Positions 46,024 to 55,797 are shown, counted from the stretch's first letter. The stretch: 64,000 nucleotides of DNA from an uncultured bacterium (GCA_965368975.1 CBDUPA010000006.1:96001-160000), one strand, 5' to 3'. A program made the numbers and translations. The notes: a model not told the origin generated them from the sequence alone.

Positions 46024-47339
46024 GCGTCCTCCCGCGTCCGTGCTTCGTTCTCGTGGCGGCGGTTCCAGGCCAGCTCGGGACGGACAACCCCCGGTCGCTT
46101 GGGCTCCAGGTGCGAGCCGACGGCACCGGTGTCCTCAATGTCGAAGAAGAGAATGTTGTTGAAGCGTCCCAGGTGCTTCTTGCGCCCGTCAGCGCCAGCG
46201 TGCACCGACACCACCAGCCGCCCGGGGGCCAGCAGTCGTCCCGGAATGCGGCAGCGGTTGACGAAGCGACCGGCGGGGCGCTCGTCGGTGTAGCGCAGAT
46301 CGTCGGCGTCGTACGTCTCTAGCACTTCGACGCCGTGGATGGTGGACAGCTGCAGGCCGACGCGGTACTGCTGTACCGGCCGCAGCAACTCGTACTCCAG
46401 CTCGATGTCGAAATCATGTACCGGGTCGAGGCTGGCGGTGACACCGCGGTCTGGGTGGACCAGGCGGAGCGCGTGCAGGCGAAAGTCCGGTGCATTGGTG
46501 TCGTCGAGACCTTCCGGCCATTCGCGCTGACCGCTCTCGTCAGCTTCGCGCAGCAGGTACTGTGAGATCACCTGGTCGGTCGGGCCCTCGGCGACCAGCT
46601 GACCTTGCTCGATCAGCAGGGCGCGCTCGCACAGCCGGCTGACGGCTGCCAGATTGTGGCTGATGAAGATGACCGTTCGCCCCGAGCGGGCCACCGAGCT
46701 GAGCTTGCCCAGGCACTTGCGCTGGAAACTCAGGTCACCGACCGACAGCACCTCGTCGACCAGCAGGATCTCGGGTTCCAGGTGCGCGGCGACGGCGAAC
46801 GCCAGGCGCACGTACATGCCGCTCGAGTAGTGCTTGACCGGCGTTTCGATGAAGCGCTCCAGCTCGGCGAACTCGACGATGTCGTCGAACTTGCGATCGA
46901 TCTCCTGGCGCGTCATGCCGAGAATGGCTCCGTTGAGAAAGACATTCTCACGGCCGGTCAGCTCCGGATGGAAGCCGGTGCCGACCTCGAGCAGTGAGCC
47001 GACGCGCCCGCGCAGCCGAACCTCTCCGGTCGACGGTGAAGTGATGCGCGACAGGATCTTGATCAGCGTGCTCTTGCCGGCGCCGTTGCGACCGATCACT
47101 CCGACCACCTCGCCGGTTTCGACACGGAACGACAGATCGCGCAGTGCCCACAGCTCTTCGTCGCGATCCTCGGCGGCAGCACGTCCTTGGAGCAACGCGC
47201 GCACCCGGCGGGCAGGTGCGCTCAGCGCGTCGGTGACGCTGTCGCGCAAGGTGCGGTACCGGTGCCGGCGCAAGGCACCGATGTGGTAGACCTTCGACAG
47301 GTTCTCGACTTCGATGGCATACGACATGTCAGACGACAT
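46020..47339 (-). CDS. wzt: Polysaccharide ABC transporter ATPase with Wzt C-terminal domain
   Basis: GRNGAGKST, GFHPELTGREN, YSSGM, LLVDE. Confidence 0.95.
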   Translation of the reverse strand: MSSDMSYAIEVENLSKVYHIGALRRHRYRTLRDSVTDALSAPARRVRALLQGRAAAEDRDEELWALRDLSFRVETGEVVGVIGRNGAGKSTLIKILSRITSPSTGEVRLRGRVGSLLEVGTGFHPELTGRENVFLNGAILGMTRQEIDRKFDDIVEFAELERFIETPVKHYSSGMYVRLAFAVAAHLEPEILLVDEVLSVGDLSFQRKCLGKLSSVARSGRTVIFISHNLAAVSRLCERALLIEQGQLVAEGPTDQVISQYLLREADESGQREWPEGLDDTNAPDFRLHALRLVHPDRGVTASLDPVHDFDIELEYELLRPVQQYRVGLQLSTIHGVEVLETYDADDLRYTDERPAGRFVNRCRIPGRLLAPGRLVVSVHAGADGRKKHLGRFNNILFFDIEDTGAVGSHLEPKRPGVVRPELAWNRRHENEARTREDA

Positions 47340-48186
47340 CCGCGAAACTCTTCTCCATGCGCCGGAAGAAGTAGGCACCGCTGACCAACAGCAGCACCGA
47401 GACCACCGAAGACACCGCCAGCATAGGCCCTGGAGCCGTGTCGGTGCCGAGCAGAGCCCAGCGGAAACCCTCGACCACGCCGACCATCGGATTGATGCTG
47501 TAGACGGTGCGCCAGGGCTCACTGAGCAGGCTACTGGGGTAGGCGATGGGGGTGGCGAAGAGCCAGATCTGGATCAAGAACGGTATGACGTGACGCACGT
47601 CGCGGAACAGCACGTTCATCGCCGAGAGCCACATACCCACTCCCAGGCAGGTAGACATGGCGAGCACGAAGAGCAGGGGCAGCCACAGCACCTGCTGCGT
47701 CGGCACGATACCGTAGAAGCCCATCATCACCAGTAGAACGGTGAAGGCGAGGACGAAATCGACGATCCCCGCGGTGACCGACGCCAGCGGCAGTAGCAGG
47801 CGTGGGAAGTAGATCTTCTTGAGCAGGTTCTGGCTGCCCACCAAGCTGTTGGTGCAGTTGGTCAAACCGGTAGCGAAGAAGGTCCAGGGGACCAGGGCGG
47901 CATAGCTGAAAATGGGGTAAGGCAAGTCGTCGGACGGAATGCCACCGAGTTTGCCGAAGAACAGACTGAACACCACCATCGTCAGCAACGGCTGCAGGAT
48001 CGCCCAGGCCGCGCCGAGGGCGGTCTGCTTGTAGCGTACCTTGACGTCGCGCCAGACCAGGAAATAGAGCAGCTCCCGGTAGTCCCACATCTCGGCCAAG
48101 TCGAGCTGCACCCAGCCGGTGCGTGGACGAATGACGACCAAGGGCGGCTCGGCGGCCGCCCTGGAAGGAAACGCGACGTCAGGCAT
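47329..48186 (-). CDS. wzm: Polysaccharide ABC transporter permease
   Basis: RDVKVRYKQT.LG.AW, KIYFPR, TPIAYP, NPM. Confidence 0.95.
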   Translation of the reverse strand: MPDVAFPSRAAAEPPLVVIRPRTGWVQLDLAEMWDYRELLYFLVWRDVKVRYKQTALGAAWAILQPLLTMVVFSLFFGKLGGIPSDDLPYPIFSYAALVPWTFFATGLTNCTNSLVGSQNLLKKIYFPRLLLPLASVTAGIVDFVLAFTVLLVMMGFYGIVPTQQVLWLPLLFVLAMSTCLGVGMWLSAMNVLFRDVRHVIPFLIQIWLFATPIAYPSSLLSEPWRTVYSINPMVGVVEGFRWALLGTDTAPGPMLAVSSVVSVLLLVSGAYFFRRMEKSFADVV

Positions 48187-48192
48187 CGTGGG

Positions 48193-49131
48193 TCAGGGGC
48201 CCGAGGGCGATACCGGTGGCAACAAGGGCTGGTTGTCGTCCTGAGCGATCAGGATACCGCCCCCCGCGGTCACGGCCGCCGCCAGCGGCAGCAGGATTTC
48301 CTTCTTCTTCCACCAGGCGATGACGCAGGCTCGGCAGACCTCGTCCGAGCGCAGCAGGCCTTCCGGGTTGATGCGGGTCACGATGCCCGAGCACATCCAG
48401 TGGAAGACGTTCTCGCCGCGCTTCCAGTAGGCGGTCTCACCGACCGTCAAGTTCTCCGCCACGCTCTCTTGCTTCGGGGTGAGAGTGGTCGGGCAGTCCG
48501 GTGTGACCTCGGTGACCAGCATCGGTGAGCGGGCCACCACCTTGCCGGTAGCGTCGAGAACCTCGGAGTAGTACTCGGTCGGTTCGTTCTCCAGACCTTC
48601 GAGCCAGGTCTGCAAGTCTTCGCGCGTCAGGTCGGCCATCCAGTCGCGCTTCAGCTGCTTGCCTACCGACGCACGCTCGCGAATGATGTCCTGGTCCAGG
48701 TTGTGGTTCGGGTCGCGGTCGGTGGAGGCTTCCTTGGCGTTCCACCATTCCGCCCAGCTGGTGTCTTCGCCACTGCCGGCTTGGTACTCGATGTCATCGA
48801 GCAGGCCGCGGGCTTCGAGGATCTGATCTTCGGCCTTGGGCAGCACGGACCAGTAGCTACCGCCACCCTGCGGGTAGGCTTCGACGTAGTAGAAGTCTTC
48901 GACCTCTTCATGCAGGCGGCGGAAGTAGACTCGCACGGAACCACCTGGGGGCTCGTTCTGTGCGTTCAGCGTCACGATGCCGTTCTGCTCGATCGGCAGG
49001 CACGTGACCTGGTCGAGGCTGACCGTGGTCTGGGCCACGGCCGCGGCCGGAACGAAGAGGCCTGCGCAGACGAGCAGCAGGGTGCCCAGCAGAAGGGTGG
49101 GGAGCATCGAAATCAACGGTTTGCGTGCCAT
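48193..49131 (-). CDS. Secreted hypothetical protein with C-terminal hydrophobic helix and ...PPVSPSGP tail
   Basis: GGAGG SD; signal peptide ending AVA-Q; C-terminus CRACVIAWWKKKEILLPLAAAVTAGGGILIAQDDNQPLLPPVSPSGP. Confidence 0.85.
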   Translation of the reverse strand: MARKPLISMLPTLLLGTLLLVCAGLFVPAAAVAQTTVSLDQVTCLPIEQNGIVTLNAQNEPPGGSVRVYFRRLHEEVEDFYYVEAYPQGGGSYWSVLPKAEDQILEARGLLDDIEYQAGSGEDTSWAEWWNAKEASTDRDPNHNLDQDIIRERASVGKQLKRDWMADLTREDLQTWLEGLENEPTEYYSEVLDATGKVVARSPMLVTEVTPDCPTTLTPKQESVAENLTVGETAYWKRGENVFHWMCSGIVTRINPEGLLRSDEVCRACVIAWWKKKEILLPLAAAVTAGGGILIAQDDNQPLLPPVSPSGP

Positions 49132-49207
49132 GGTGTTTCCTCCGGTCGGACTCGGCCCTAGATCTTATCACTTTGGCCAGAACTGATGGCCAGACGGTAG
49201 CTGTGGA

Positions 49208-50197
49208 TCACGGCGCGGCCAAGATCTTGGTCTCGTAGCGGCTGACGAAATCGGTTCGCTGCAGATTGGGTAGGCAGCGCCGCATCACCGTCGCTGCATA
49301 CTCGGTGTCGCCGGACTCGTAGAGGGCCACGGCCATGAAGAATTGCAACACCGGTTGTGCGTCCGAGGGCACGCCGCCGCGCTGGAAGTACTCCGCGCTC
49401 ACCTGCCAGTGCGAGGCGCGGTAGGCGATCTCGGCAGCCAGGTGTTGCGCCTCGGTGGACTCCGGGTGGCGGCTGGCGACGTCCTGAGCCAGCTCGAAGG
49501 GGCGCTCCAACTCTTCGCCGCGGGAAGCGAGCCGCATCTCTTCGCGTGCGCGGCGCAGCTGCTCGCGGTCAGCTGGTGACAGCGGTGTGGCCCGGGGCAC
49601 GGCGTTGGCCGGCTCGACATCATCGTCGTCGGCCGCGCGCTCGGCGCCGTCCGCGGTGGGGCTATCGGTGTCCGGCGCTGGCGCCTCACCGTCGTCTAGG
49701 GAGGCTGGCAAGAGCGGTCGGAAGGTCGGCACGGCCTGCAGCGTGTAGCTGGGCATCAGCTGGACGAGGGTTCCTTCGAACCGGTTTAGTAGGTCGCGCG
49801 GCAACTGTACACGCGTGTAGACGCGGAAGCGTTGCTCGACTTCCAACAGCCGCCGTGCCGTGGCGCGGAAGGCCTCCTGATCATTGGCGTCGGCCTGCGC
49901 CAGTCCCAAGCGGATCAGGCATTCGGTCAGCAGCGGCGGTTCTTCCAACATACCGAAGCAGGCGAGGCGCAGAAGTCGCTGCGCCGCGCTGGTATCCCCG
50001 CGGTGGTAGGCGTCGCTGCCATTCTGCAGCAACCGCTGGTAGAACGGGTCGACCGTCGCGCGAGCCGGGCTGGCCACGGCCATGCCCGCGAGCAGAAGCG
50101 CGAGAACGAGAACGCTCAGGGCAAGCGGCCGCGAGACTCCCGTACGCGAGATGAGGGCGCCTGGAGCCGTGTGGTGGTTCGTCGAAGGCTGATTCAT
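49208..50197 (-). CDS. Exported helical-repeat (TPR-like) protein
   Basis: Signal or TM segment, two Ala/Leu-rich helical regions separated by an acidic Pro-rich linker. Confidence 0.7.
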   Translation of the reverse strand: MNQPSTNHHTAPGALISRTGVSRPLALSVLVLALLLAGMAVASPARATVDPFYQRLLQNGSDAYHRGDTSAAQRLLRLACFGMLEEPPLLTECLIRLGLAQADANDQEAFRATARRLLEVEQRFRVYTRVQLPRDLLNRFEGTLVQLMPSYTLQAVPTFRPLLPASLDDGEAPAPDTDSPTADGAERAADDDDVEPANAVPRATPLSPADREQLRRAREEMRLASRGEELERPFELAQDVASRHPESTEAQHLAAEIAYRASHWQVSAEYFQRGGVPSDAQPVLQFFMAVALYESGDTEYAATVMRRCLPNLQRTDFVSRYETKILAAP

Positions 50198-50242
50198 GAG
50201 TCTTGCTTTGGTCGCGTTTGTGGTATCGCCTCTACAGTGCGG

Positions 50243-51043
50243 TCAAGATACCGACCCCAGAGGCCTGTTTTCGACCACACAGCGGGGGTTGTCCTCGGTG
50301 AGTATGCGGGCCAGTTCCGGGCCCCACCGGTCGTGAATGCGGTAGACCGCTGCCTGGACGCTCGGTGGACGTCGCGTCAGGCCGTGACAATCACTGGCCA
50401 GAAAGTGCCCCAGACCGGCGTCGAGTATGGCTTCGGCAGCCTGCATCGGTCGCCGGCCGAAGCTGCCGACCACACTCATGGCCGTCAGCTGTAGCGTGGC
50501 GCCGAGGGACACCAGGTGACGCAGACGAGGGAGATCTTCTGCCAGCCAGGGAAGCAGTTCCGGGTGTGCGAGGATCGGCCGCCAGCCAGCTACGTGGAGC
50601 TCGTGGACGATGCTCTCGGGTCGTGGTCCCAGTCCCGTGCGGGCAAATTCAATGAGCAGGTATCGGCTGTCTCCGAGGGGACGGATGCCGCTGTCGGGCC
50701 AGCGTTCGAGGTCTTCGAGTAGCCCATCGTCGACCCGGATCTCGGCACCGGACAGGATGCGGAGGCGATCCCCCACGGCTTCCTGCAGCTGTTGCGTCAG
50801 GTCCCGCAGGTGCTGTCCGTCGCCATTCCACCAGTGCGGATGGCGCTGGTGCGGGGTGGCGAACATCACCTCGAATCCGTCGTCGGCAGCGGCCTGGCAC
50901 ATCGCCACGGCTTCCTCCAGCGTCTCGGCACCATCGTCGATGCCAGGTAGGAGGTGACCGTGAATGTCGATGCGCCGCCGGGCCTTGGGAGCGCTGGAAG
51001 CCGGGAGTTCCGAATCTCCGCTGACAGTGTGCGCTCGAAGCAT
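50243..51043 (-). CDS. CpsB/CapC (PHP-family) tyrosine phosphatase
   Basis: DIHGHLLPGIDDG, ATPH, LAHPE, ASDCH. Confidence 0.93.
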   Translation of the reverse strand: MLRAHTVSGDSELPASSAPKARRRIDIHGHLLPGIDDGAETLEEAVAMCQAAADDGFEVMFATPHQRHPHWWNGDGQHLRDLTQQLQEAVGDRLRILSGAEIRVDDGLLEDLERWPDSGIRPLGDSRYLLIEFARTGLGPRPESIVHELHVAGWRPILAHPELLPWLAEDLPRLRHLVSLGATLQLTAMSVVGSFGRRPMQAAEAILDAGLGHFLASDCHGLTRRPPSVQAAVYRIHDRWGPELARILTEDNPRCVVENRPLGSVS

Positions 51044-51053
51044 CAGGATTCCG

Positions 51054-53603
51054 TCAGGCCGCAGAGCTGCGTGCTGATCCGCGTGATTGGTCCCGAGTCC
51101 GCTTCTCATCAGCTTCCTGGCGGCCGTCGGGTCCGTAGCCGTAGTAGAGATACTTGCGGGCGCGGTAGCTGCTGCCGGTCGGACGGTGGCGGTTGAGCAC
51201 GGCACCCAGCAGGCGCACGCCCGACAGCGCCAGGCGCTGGTGCAGCGTGCGCGCGGCATCGCGCTGCAGGCGACCGGCGCGGCAGCACAGCACCATGCCG
51301 TCCACCAAGTAGCCGATCAAGGTGGCATCGGTGACCGCCAGTGTCGGAGGCGTGTCGATCAGCACGAAGTCGTACTGCTTGCGCACGTGGGCCACGAACT
51401 GACGCATGCGTTCCGACGCCAGGAGCTCGGAAGGGTTGGGAGGAATGGGGCCGGACGGGCACAGGTAGAGGTTCGGCACCTTGGTGCTGAAGAGGGCGTC
51501 GCGGGCCTCGGCCGTGCCGGTCAGGTAGTTCACCAGTCCCTTGCGGTTGGAGATGCCGAAGACCTCGTGCTGCCGTGGCTTGCGCAGGTCGGCGTCGATA
51601 ATCAGCACGTTGCGCCCGAGCTGCGCCATCACCACCGCCAGGTTGGAGACTGTGGCGGTCTTGCCCTCGCCGGCTTCGGCGGAGGTGATGGCGATGGCGC
51701 GCAGCTCGTCGGCGGTCGACAGCAGCAGCGCGGTGCGCAGCGACCGGTAGGCTTCGGCGACCGCCAAGCGCGGGCTGCTGTGTGGCAGTAGCTCGATCTG
51801 TGCCGGCAGCTCGTCTTCCTTGTCTGCCGTTCGTCGGCCTTTACGGCGCTCAGGACTCTTGGACGTCGAAGGCTGGCCGTAGCCGTAGGAATAGCCGTAG
51901 TTGTAGCCGTAGCCGCCGTCCTCGCTGTTGACGTCCGGTACCACGGTGAGGGTTGGCACGTGCAGCAAGCGTTCCAGCTCGTCTGGGTTCTTGACGGTGC
52001 GGTCCAGGTACTCGATCAGCACCGCCAGGCCGAGGCCCAGCAAGAGGCCGGCAGCCAGACCGAGCGTCAGATTCTTGCGCAGCGACGGCCGGAACGGGCC
52101 GCCGGGGACCAGTGCCGTGTCGATAATTCGCACGTTGGAGTCTCGAGTGTTCTGTAGGCGAACGGTGACGTCAGTCTCCGATTGCCGGCGCAGCAGCTCG
52201 TTGAGCAACTGGCGCCGCGTGTTGACCTCGTCTTCGAGATTGATGTACTCCAGCTCAGTGGACTTCTGGTCCAGGCTGCGTGCCTTGAGCGTCTCGATTT
52301 CCTGCTCCAGCGCCCGTTCCTGGCGCAGCGCCGCCTGGTACTCGGCGCGGGCCGTCTCGCGAGCCTTCTGAGCGTTGTCCAGGATGGTCGAGTTCAGCGA
52401 TTGACGGGCCTTCTCGATGCGTCCTTTCAGCTCGACCATCTCCGGCCATTCTTCCTTGAAGGTGTTGAGCCGGGCGTTGTAGTCCTGCTCCAGCTGGAGC
52501 ACCAGCGAACGTTGGGCGCTCACCTCGCCGCCGCTGTACTGATCGGCGACGTTCTCGGCCGGGCTGGCGACGCGTTCCTCGTACAAGGCCTGCTTCTCGA
52601 TGCGCTGCTTCTTGGCCTCGATGTAGTCTTGGTTGAGAGCGCGCAGGCGCTCGAGCGTCACGTTGGAGGCCGGATCGAGCGCGATGTCCGTACGTCGAGA
52701 CAGTGCTTGCAGTAGCTGCTCGCGCTCGGCGATCTCGCCCTTCAGCGTCTCGACCTGCTCGCCGAGAAAGGATGAGGCGCGTCCCGCCGTCTGGAAGCGC
52801 GTCTCAATGCCCATGTCGATGAAGGCTTCGGCGAAGGCGTTGGCCAGCCGCGCCGCGCGCTCGGGATCGTTGGCGCGGTAGGTCAGTTCGACCAGCTGCG
52901 TTCCCTCGATCCGGCGCACGCCCAGGCCGCCGCGAATCTGGTTGGCCACGCGCGCCATCTGTGCCCGATCCGCGGCCAGCGCATCGGTGGCCAGGGGATC
53001 GTCGTTCAGGTCGGCATCGGTGGTTTCCGTGTCGTGGAGGGCGACCGCGCCAGCGTCGTCCAAGCGCAACTGCCGGACCACCCGTTCAGCCAGGCCGCGA
53101 CTCTGCAGCAGGCGTTCCTGGGTGGGGTAGTACTCCATGTTCCACCAGTTGTCGAGCCAGGGACTGGCGTTGCCGGTCAGCGGCGACAAGCTACGCCGTT
53201 CGAGTTGCAGCAGGGCGCGCGCCTGGAAGGCCTTGGGAGTGATGAAGAACTGGACGATGCCGATGCCCAGGCACAGCAGGCAGACCAACGTCACCAGTCG
53301 CCAGTGTTGCTGCAGCTTGTGCAGATACTCCTTGATGTCGAACTCGCCCTCGCCGAAGTCTCCTGTGTCCATCATTCCCGGGGGCATCAAGGCTGGTGGC
53401 CCCATTCCAGGCGCCCCCATTCCAGAAGTAAGGGCTGGGGGGGCCTGGGCACCGAACTGCCAGCCCGGTCCGGCTCCCGGAGGCACGGCCCCCGGAGGGT
53501 AGTTGCTTGGCATCTCACCGGAGCCGACCACCTCGGCGGAACCTGCAGGGACGGCAGGAATCTGGATCGGACCCGTACCGCTAGTCGAGAAGCGTTGACT
53601 CAA
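51054..53603 (-). CDS. wzc: Polysaccharide co-polymerase / tyrosine autokinase
   Basis: Two TMs flanking a coiled coil; EAYRSLRT, GEGKT, IDADLRKP, IDTPP; C-terminal YLYYGYG. Confidence 0.95.
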   Translation of the reverse strand: MSQRFSTSGTGPIQIPAVPAGSAEVVGSGEMPSNYPPGAVPPGAGPGWQFGAQAPPALTSGMGAPGMGPPALMPPGMMDTGDFGEGEFDIKEYLHKLQQHWRLVTLVCLLCLGIGIVQFFITPKAFQARALLQLERRSLSPLTGNASPWLDNWWNMEYYPTQERLLQSRGLAERVVRQLRLDDAGAVALHDTETTDADLNDDPLATDALAADRAQMARVANQIRGGLGVRRIEGTQLVELTYRANDPERAARLANAFAEAFIDMGIETRFQTAGRASSFLGEQVETLKGEIAEREQLLQALSRRTDIALDPASNVTLERLRALNQDYIEAKKQRIEKQALYEERVASPAENVADQYSGGEVSAQRSLVLQLEQDYNARLNTFKEEWPEMVELKGRIEKARQSLNSTILDNAQKARETARAEYQAALRQERALEQEIETLKARSLDQKSTELEYINLEDEVNTRRQLLNELLRRQSETDVTVRLQNTRDSNVRIIDTALVPGGPFRPSLRKNLTLGLAAGLLLGLGLAVLIEYLDRTVKNPDELERLLHVPTLTVVPDVNSEDGGYGYNYGYSYGYGQPSTSKSPERRKGRRTADKEDELPAQIELLPHSSPRLAVAEAYRSLRTALLLSTADELRAIAITSAEAGEGKTATVSNLAVVMAQLGRNVLIIDADLRKPRQHEVFGISNRKGLVNYLTGTAEARDALFSTKVPNLYLCPSGPIPPNPSELLASERMRQFVAHVRKQYDFVLIDTPPTLAVTDATLIGYLVDGMVLCCRAGRLQRDAARTLHQRLALSGVRLLGAVLNRHRPTGSSYRARKYLYYGYGPDGRQEADEKRTRDQSRGSARSSAA

Positions 53604-54493
53604 AAGAACGACTCCTTGACGATCACCACATCTCCGTCGCGGAGTTTGAAGTCCTGACGCTTGCCAGAGATGATGTCCTTGTAGTCGAGTTGGATTTCTT
53701 CGTCCGTACCGTCCGTGCGTGCCCGCTTCACCGTTACCTTGGAGGAGGCGCGATCACTCAGGCCGCCGGCACGCGCGATGGCGGCCAGCAAGGTCAGGCG
53801 CTCGTTGCTCTTGAACTCCATGGCACCGGGACTCTCTACCTCGCCCAGGCAATAGACGATATAAGTGGCGGTCGCCGGGACGTTGATCAGGTCGTTGGCG
53901 AAGATCGGGATGTTGAAGTTGGGATCAGCGTGCACCAACAAGGCGTCGACCGGGATCTCGATCTGATCCGAAAGTCCGTTGTCCGAGCGGCGTAGCACGT
54001 AGAGCACCGGGCCGTGGTTCTCGGCCAGGCCGCCGGCGGCGGTGAGTGCTTCGATCAGGGTCCAGCGTCCGGGAAAGGCGAGATCGCCCGGCTGCTGGAC
54101 GGCACCGATCACCGAGATCGGGCTGGAGCGGAACTCCCGTACCTGGACGGACACGGTGGCGCGCTGGAAGTAGCGCTCCTCGAGAATCTCTTTCAGCCGC
54201 AGCCGTAGCTGGTCCGCGGTCAGGCCCTGGGCGCGCAGCTCGCCGACCGGCGCGAAGTTGATGTTGCCGTCCTCGTCGACACGCAACTCGCCGTTCAGGT
54301 CCGGCACCTCGAAGACCCGGATTTCGAGCAGATCCTTGGGGCCGATGCGGTAAGTGGCGCCTATGTTGGCCGCCACGGGGATCTGAGCCTTCAGTGCTGG
54401 CAGGACCAGCAGGGCCAGCGCACAGAGCGACAGCGCTGTTGTCAGTGCTGCCGTCAAGCTCCGGGATTGCGCAGAAGGTCTCGTCATGGCCAA
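53600..54493 (-). CDS. wza: OPX polysaccharide export protein (Poly_export plus SLBB domains), short non-lipoprotein type
   Basis: YRIGPKDLL.I.VF, GAVQQPG, AGGL repeats; ends DGDVVIVKESFF. Confidence 0.9.
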   Translation of the reverse strand: MAMTRPSAQSRSLTAALTTALSLCALALLVLPALKAQIPVAANIGATYRIGPKDLLEIRVFEVPDLNGELRVDEDGNINFAPVGELRAQGLTADQLRLRLKEILEERYFQRATVSVQVREFRSSPISVIGAVQQPGDLAFPGRWTLIEALTAAGGLAENHGPVLYVLRRSDNGLSDQIEIPVDALLVHADPNFNIPIFANDLINVPATATYIVYCLGEVESPGAMEFKSNERLTLLAAIARAGGLSDRASSKVTVKRARTDGTDEEIQLDYKDIISGKRQDFKLRDGDVVIVKESFF

Positions 54494-55797
54494 TCCACTC
54501 CACCGAGTTTCAAGGAGATGCCGGTGATGATGCGAGTCACCGATCGGTCCAGGCCGGGAAGGTTCGAGTCGTACTCACTTTCCGTGGCTCCCAGGCGCAG
54601 TGTCAGGGAGTCGGTGAGCTCGAGCTGAGCCACGGCACCAAACGACATCGTATCGTCTTGGCGGGCGGCAACGCCAATGCGGCCCAGTTTGGCCGTGTAG
54701 TCGTGCCGTCCTTCCTCGATGTAGAGCTGCAGGTTCGACGAGCTGCCGAAGGTGAAGACCAGGCTGACGCCGGTATTCTCGCGGGTGAAGTACGCGTAGT
54801 CGTTGGCTGCCGAGTAGGACGGGGAGCGTTCACCGTAGACGGCCAGTTGCAGCCGCGGGCGCAGCTGGTAGTTGATGCGCAGGACACCTTCCAGCTCGTC
54901 CTGGTAGGGCGTGAAGCGGGATCCGATGCCGTCCGGGTCGAGGGAGCGCAGCACGGCGTCGAGCCGCACTTGCAGCCGCGCACCTTCGTAGCTGGCGTCC
55001 AGGAAAGGGGAGCTGCCCTCGTTCGACAGGCTGTTGGTGGGATCGCGGAACTCAGTTTCCACGCGTTCGACACCGGCGCCGATGCGCAGCTGGTCGGACA
55101 CATGCCAGCGTAGGCCGGTGCGGAAGACGTCCTCGTCCCTATCCAGCACGTCGAGGGATGCGACGCGCTCGTCCAACTGGTCGACCAGGTTGCGGTAGCT
55201 GCTGAACGAGATACCAGTGAACAACCAGAGGTTGCGGGTCAAGCCGACTTCGACCAGGCCTTGTTGGTTTTCGCGCCGCGACGTGATCTGTTGCAAGACC
55301 TCCGGTGTGACGAAATTCTGGCTCTCCTCCCAGTCGCCCACCAGCTCCAGCACGAAGCGGTTGAAGTGGCCGTAGTACCCCGCGCCGTAGCGTCCGTTCC
55401 AGCGTCGGTTGCGCTCCAGGTCCTGCCACCAGACGTACTCCGGGAGCGCGTGCGCGGCCAGTATCGACTTGCTGCCGAGTGGCAGGAAGCCGCGCAGGCC
55501 GGCGCTGATGGTGAGCGTGAAATCACTCACCGCCTCGTCGTCGCGGGTGCCGAACACGTTGTCGACATAGCTGGCGTCGCGGATCTCTAGCGACGGTGAC
55601 AGGCGGAAAGCGCCCAACTCCCAGGGGGCCTTCCGTACTGCTTCCTGCAAGCGCTCGCGGCGCTCCTCGGGCGTCTGAGCGAGACTGCCGGGGGGCGTAT
55701 ACTGCTGCAACTGAGCACGGACCTCGCCGCTGGCCCACAAGCAACAGAACAGGCCCAGCAGGAGAACGCCGTGCCGTTGGATAAAGTTCACTTTCAT
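54484..55797 (-). CDS. Outer-membrane beta-barrel protein associated with polysaccharide export
   Basis: Signal peptide, YVDNVF motif, alternating aromatic/hydrophobic strands; directly upstream of OPX; start MKVNFI. Confidence 0.8.
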   Translation of the reverse strand: MKVNFIQRHGVLLLGLFCCLWASGEVRAQLQQYTPPGSLAQTPEERRERLQEAVRKAPWELGAFRLSPSLEIRDASYVDNVFGTRDDEAVSDFTLTISAGLRGFLPLGSKSILAAHALPEYVWWQDLERNRRWNGRYGAGYYGHFNRFVLELVGDWEESQNFVTPEVLQQITSRRENQQGLVEVGLTRNLWLFTGISFSSYRNLVDQLDERVASLDVLDRDEDVFRTGLRWHVSDQLRIGAGVERVETEFRDPTNSLSNEGSSPFLDASYEGARLQVRLDAVLRSLDPDGIGSRFTPYQDELEGVLRINYQLRPRLQLAVYGERSPSYSAANDYAYFTRENTGVSLVFTFGSSSNLQLYIEEGRHDYTAKLGRIGVAARQDDTMSFGAVAQLELTDSLTLRLGATESEYDSNLPGLDRSVTRIITGISLKLGGVDWP

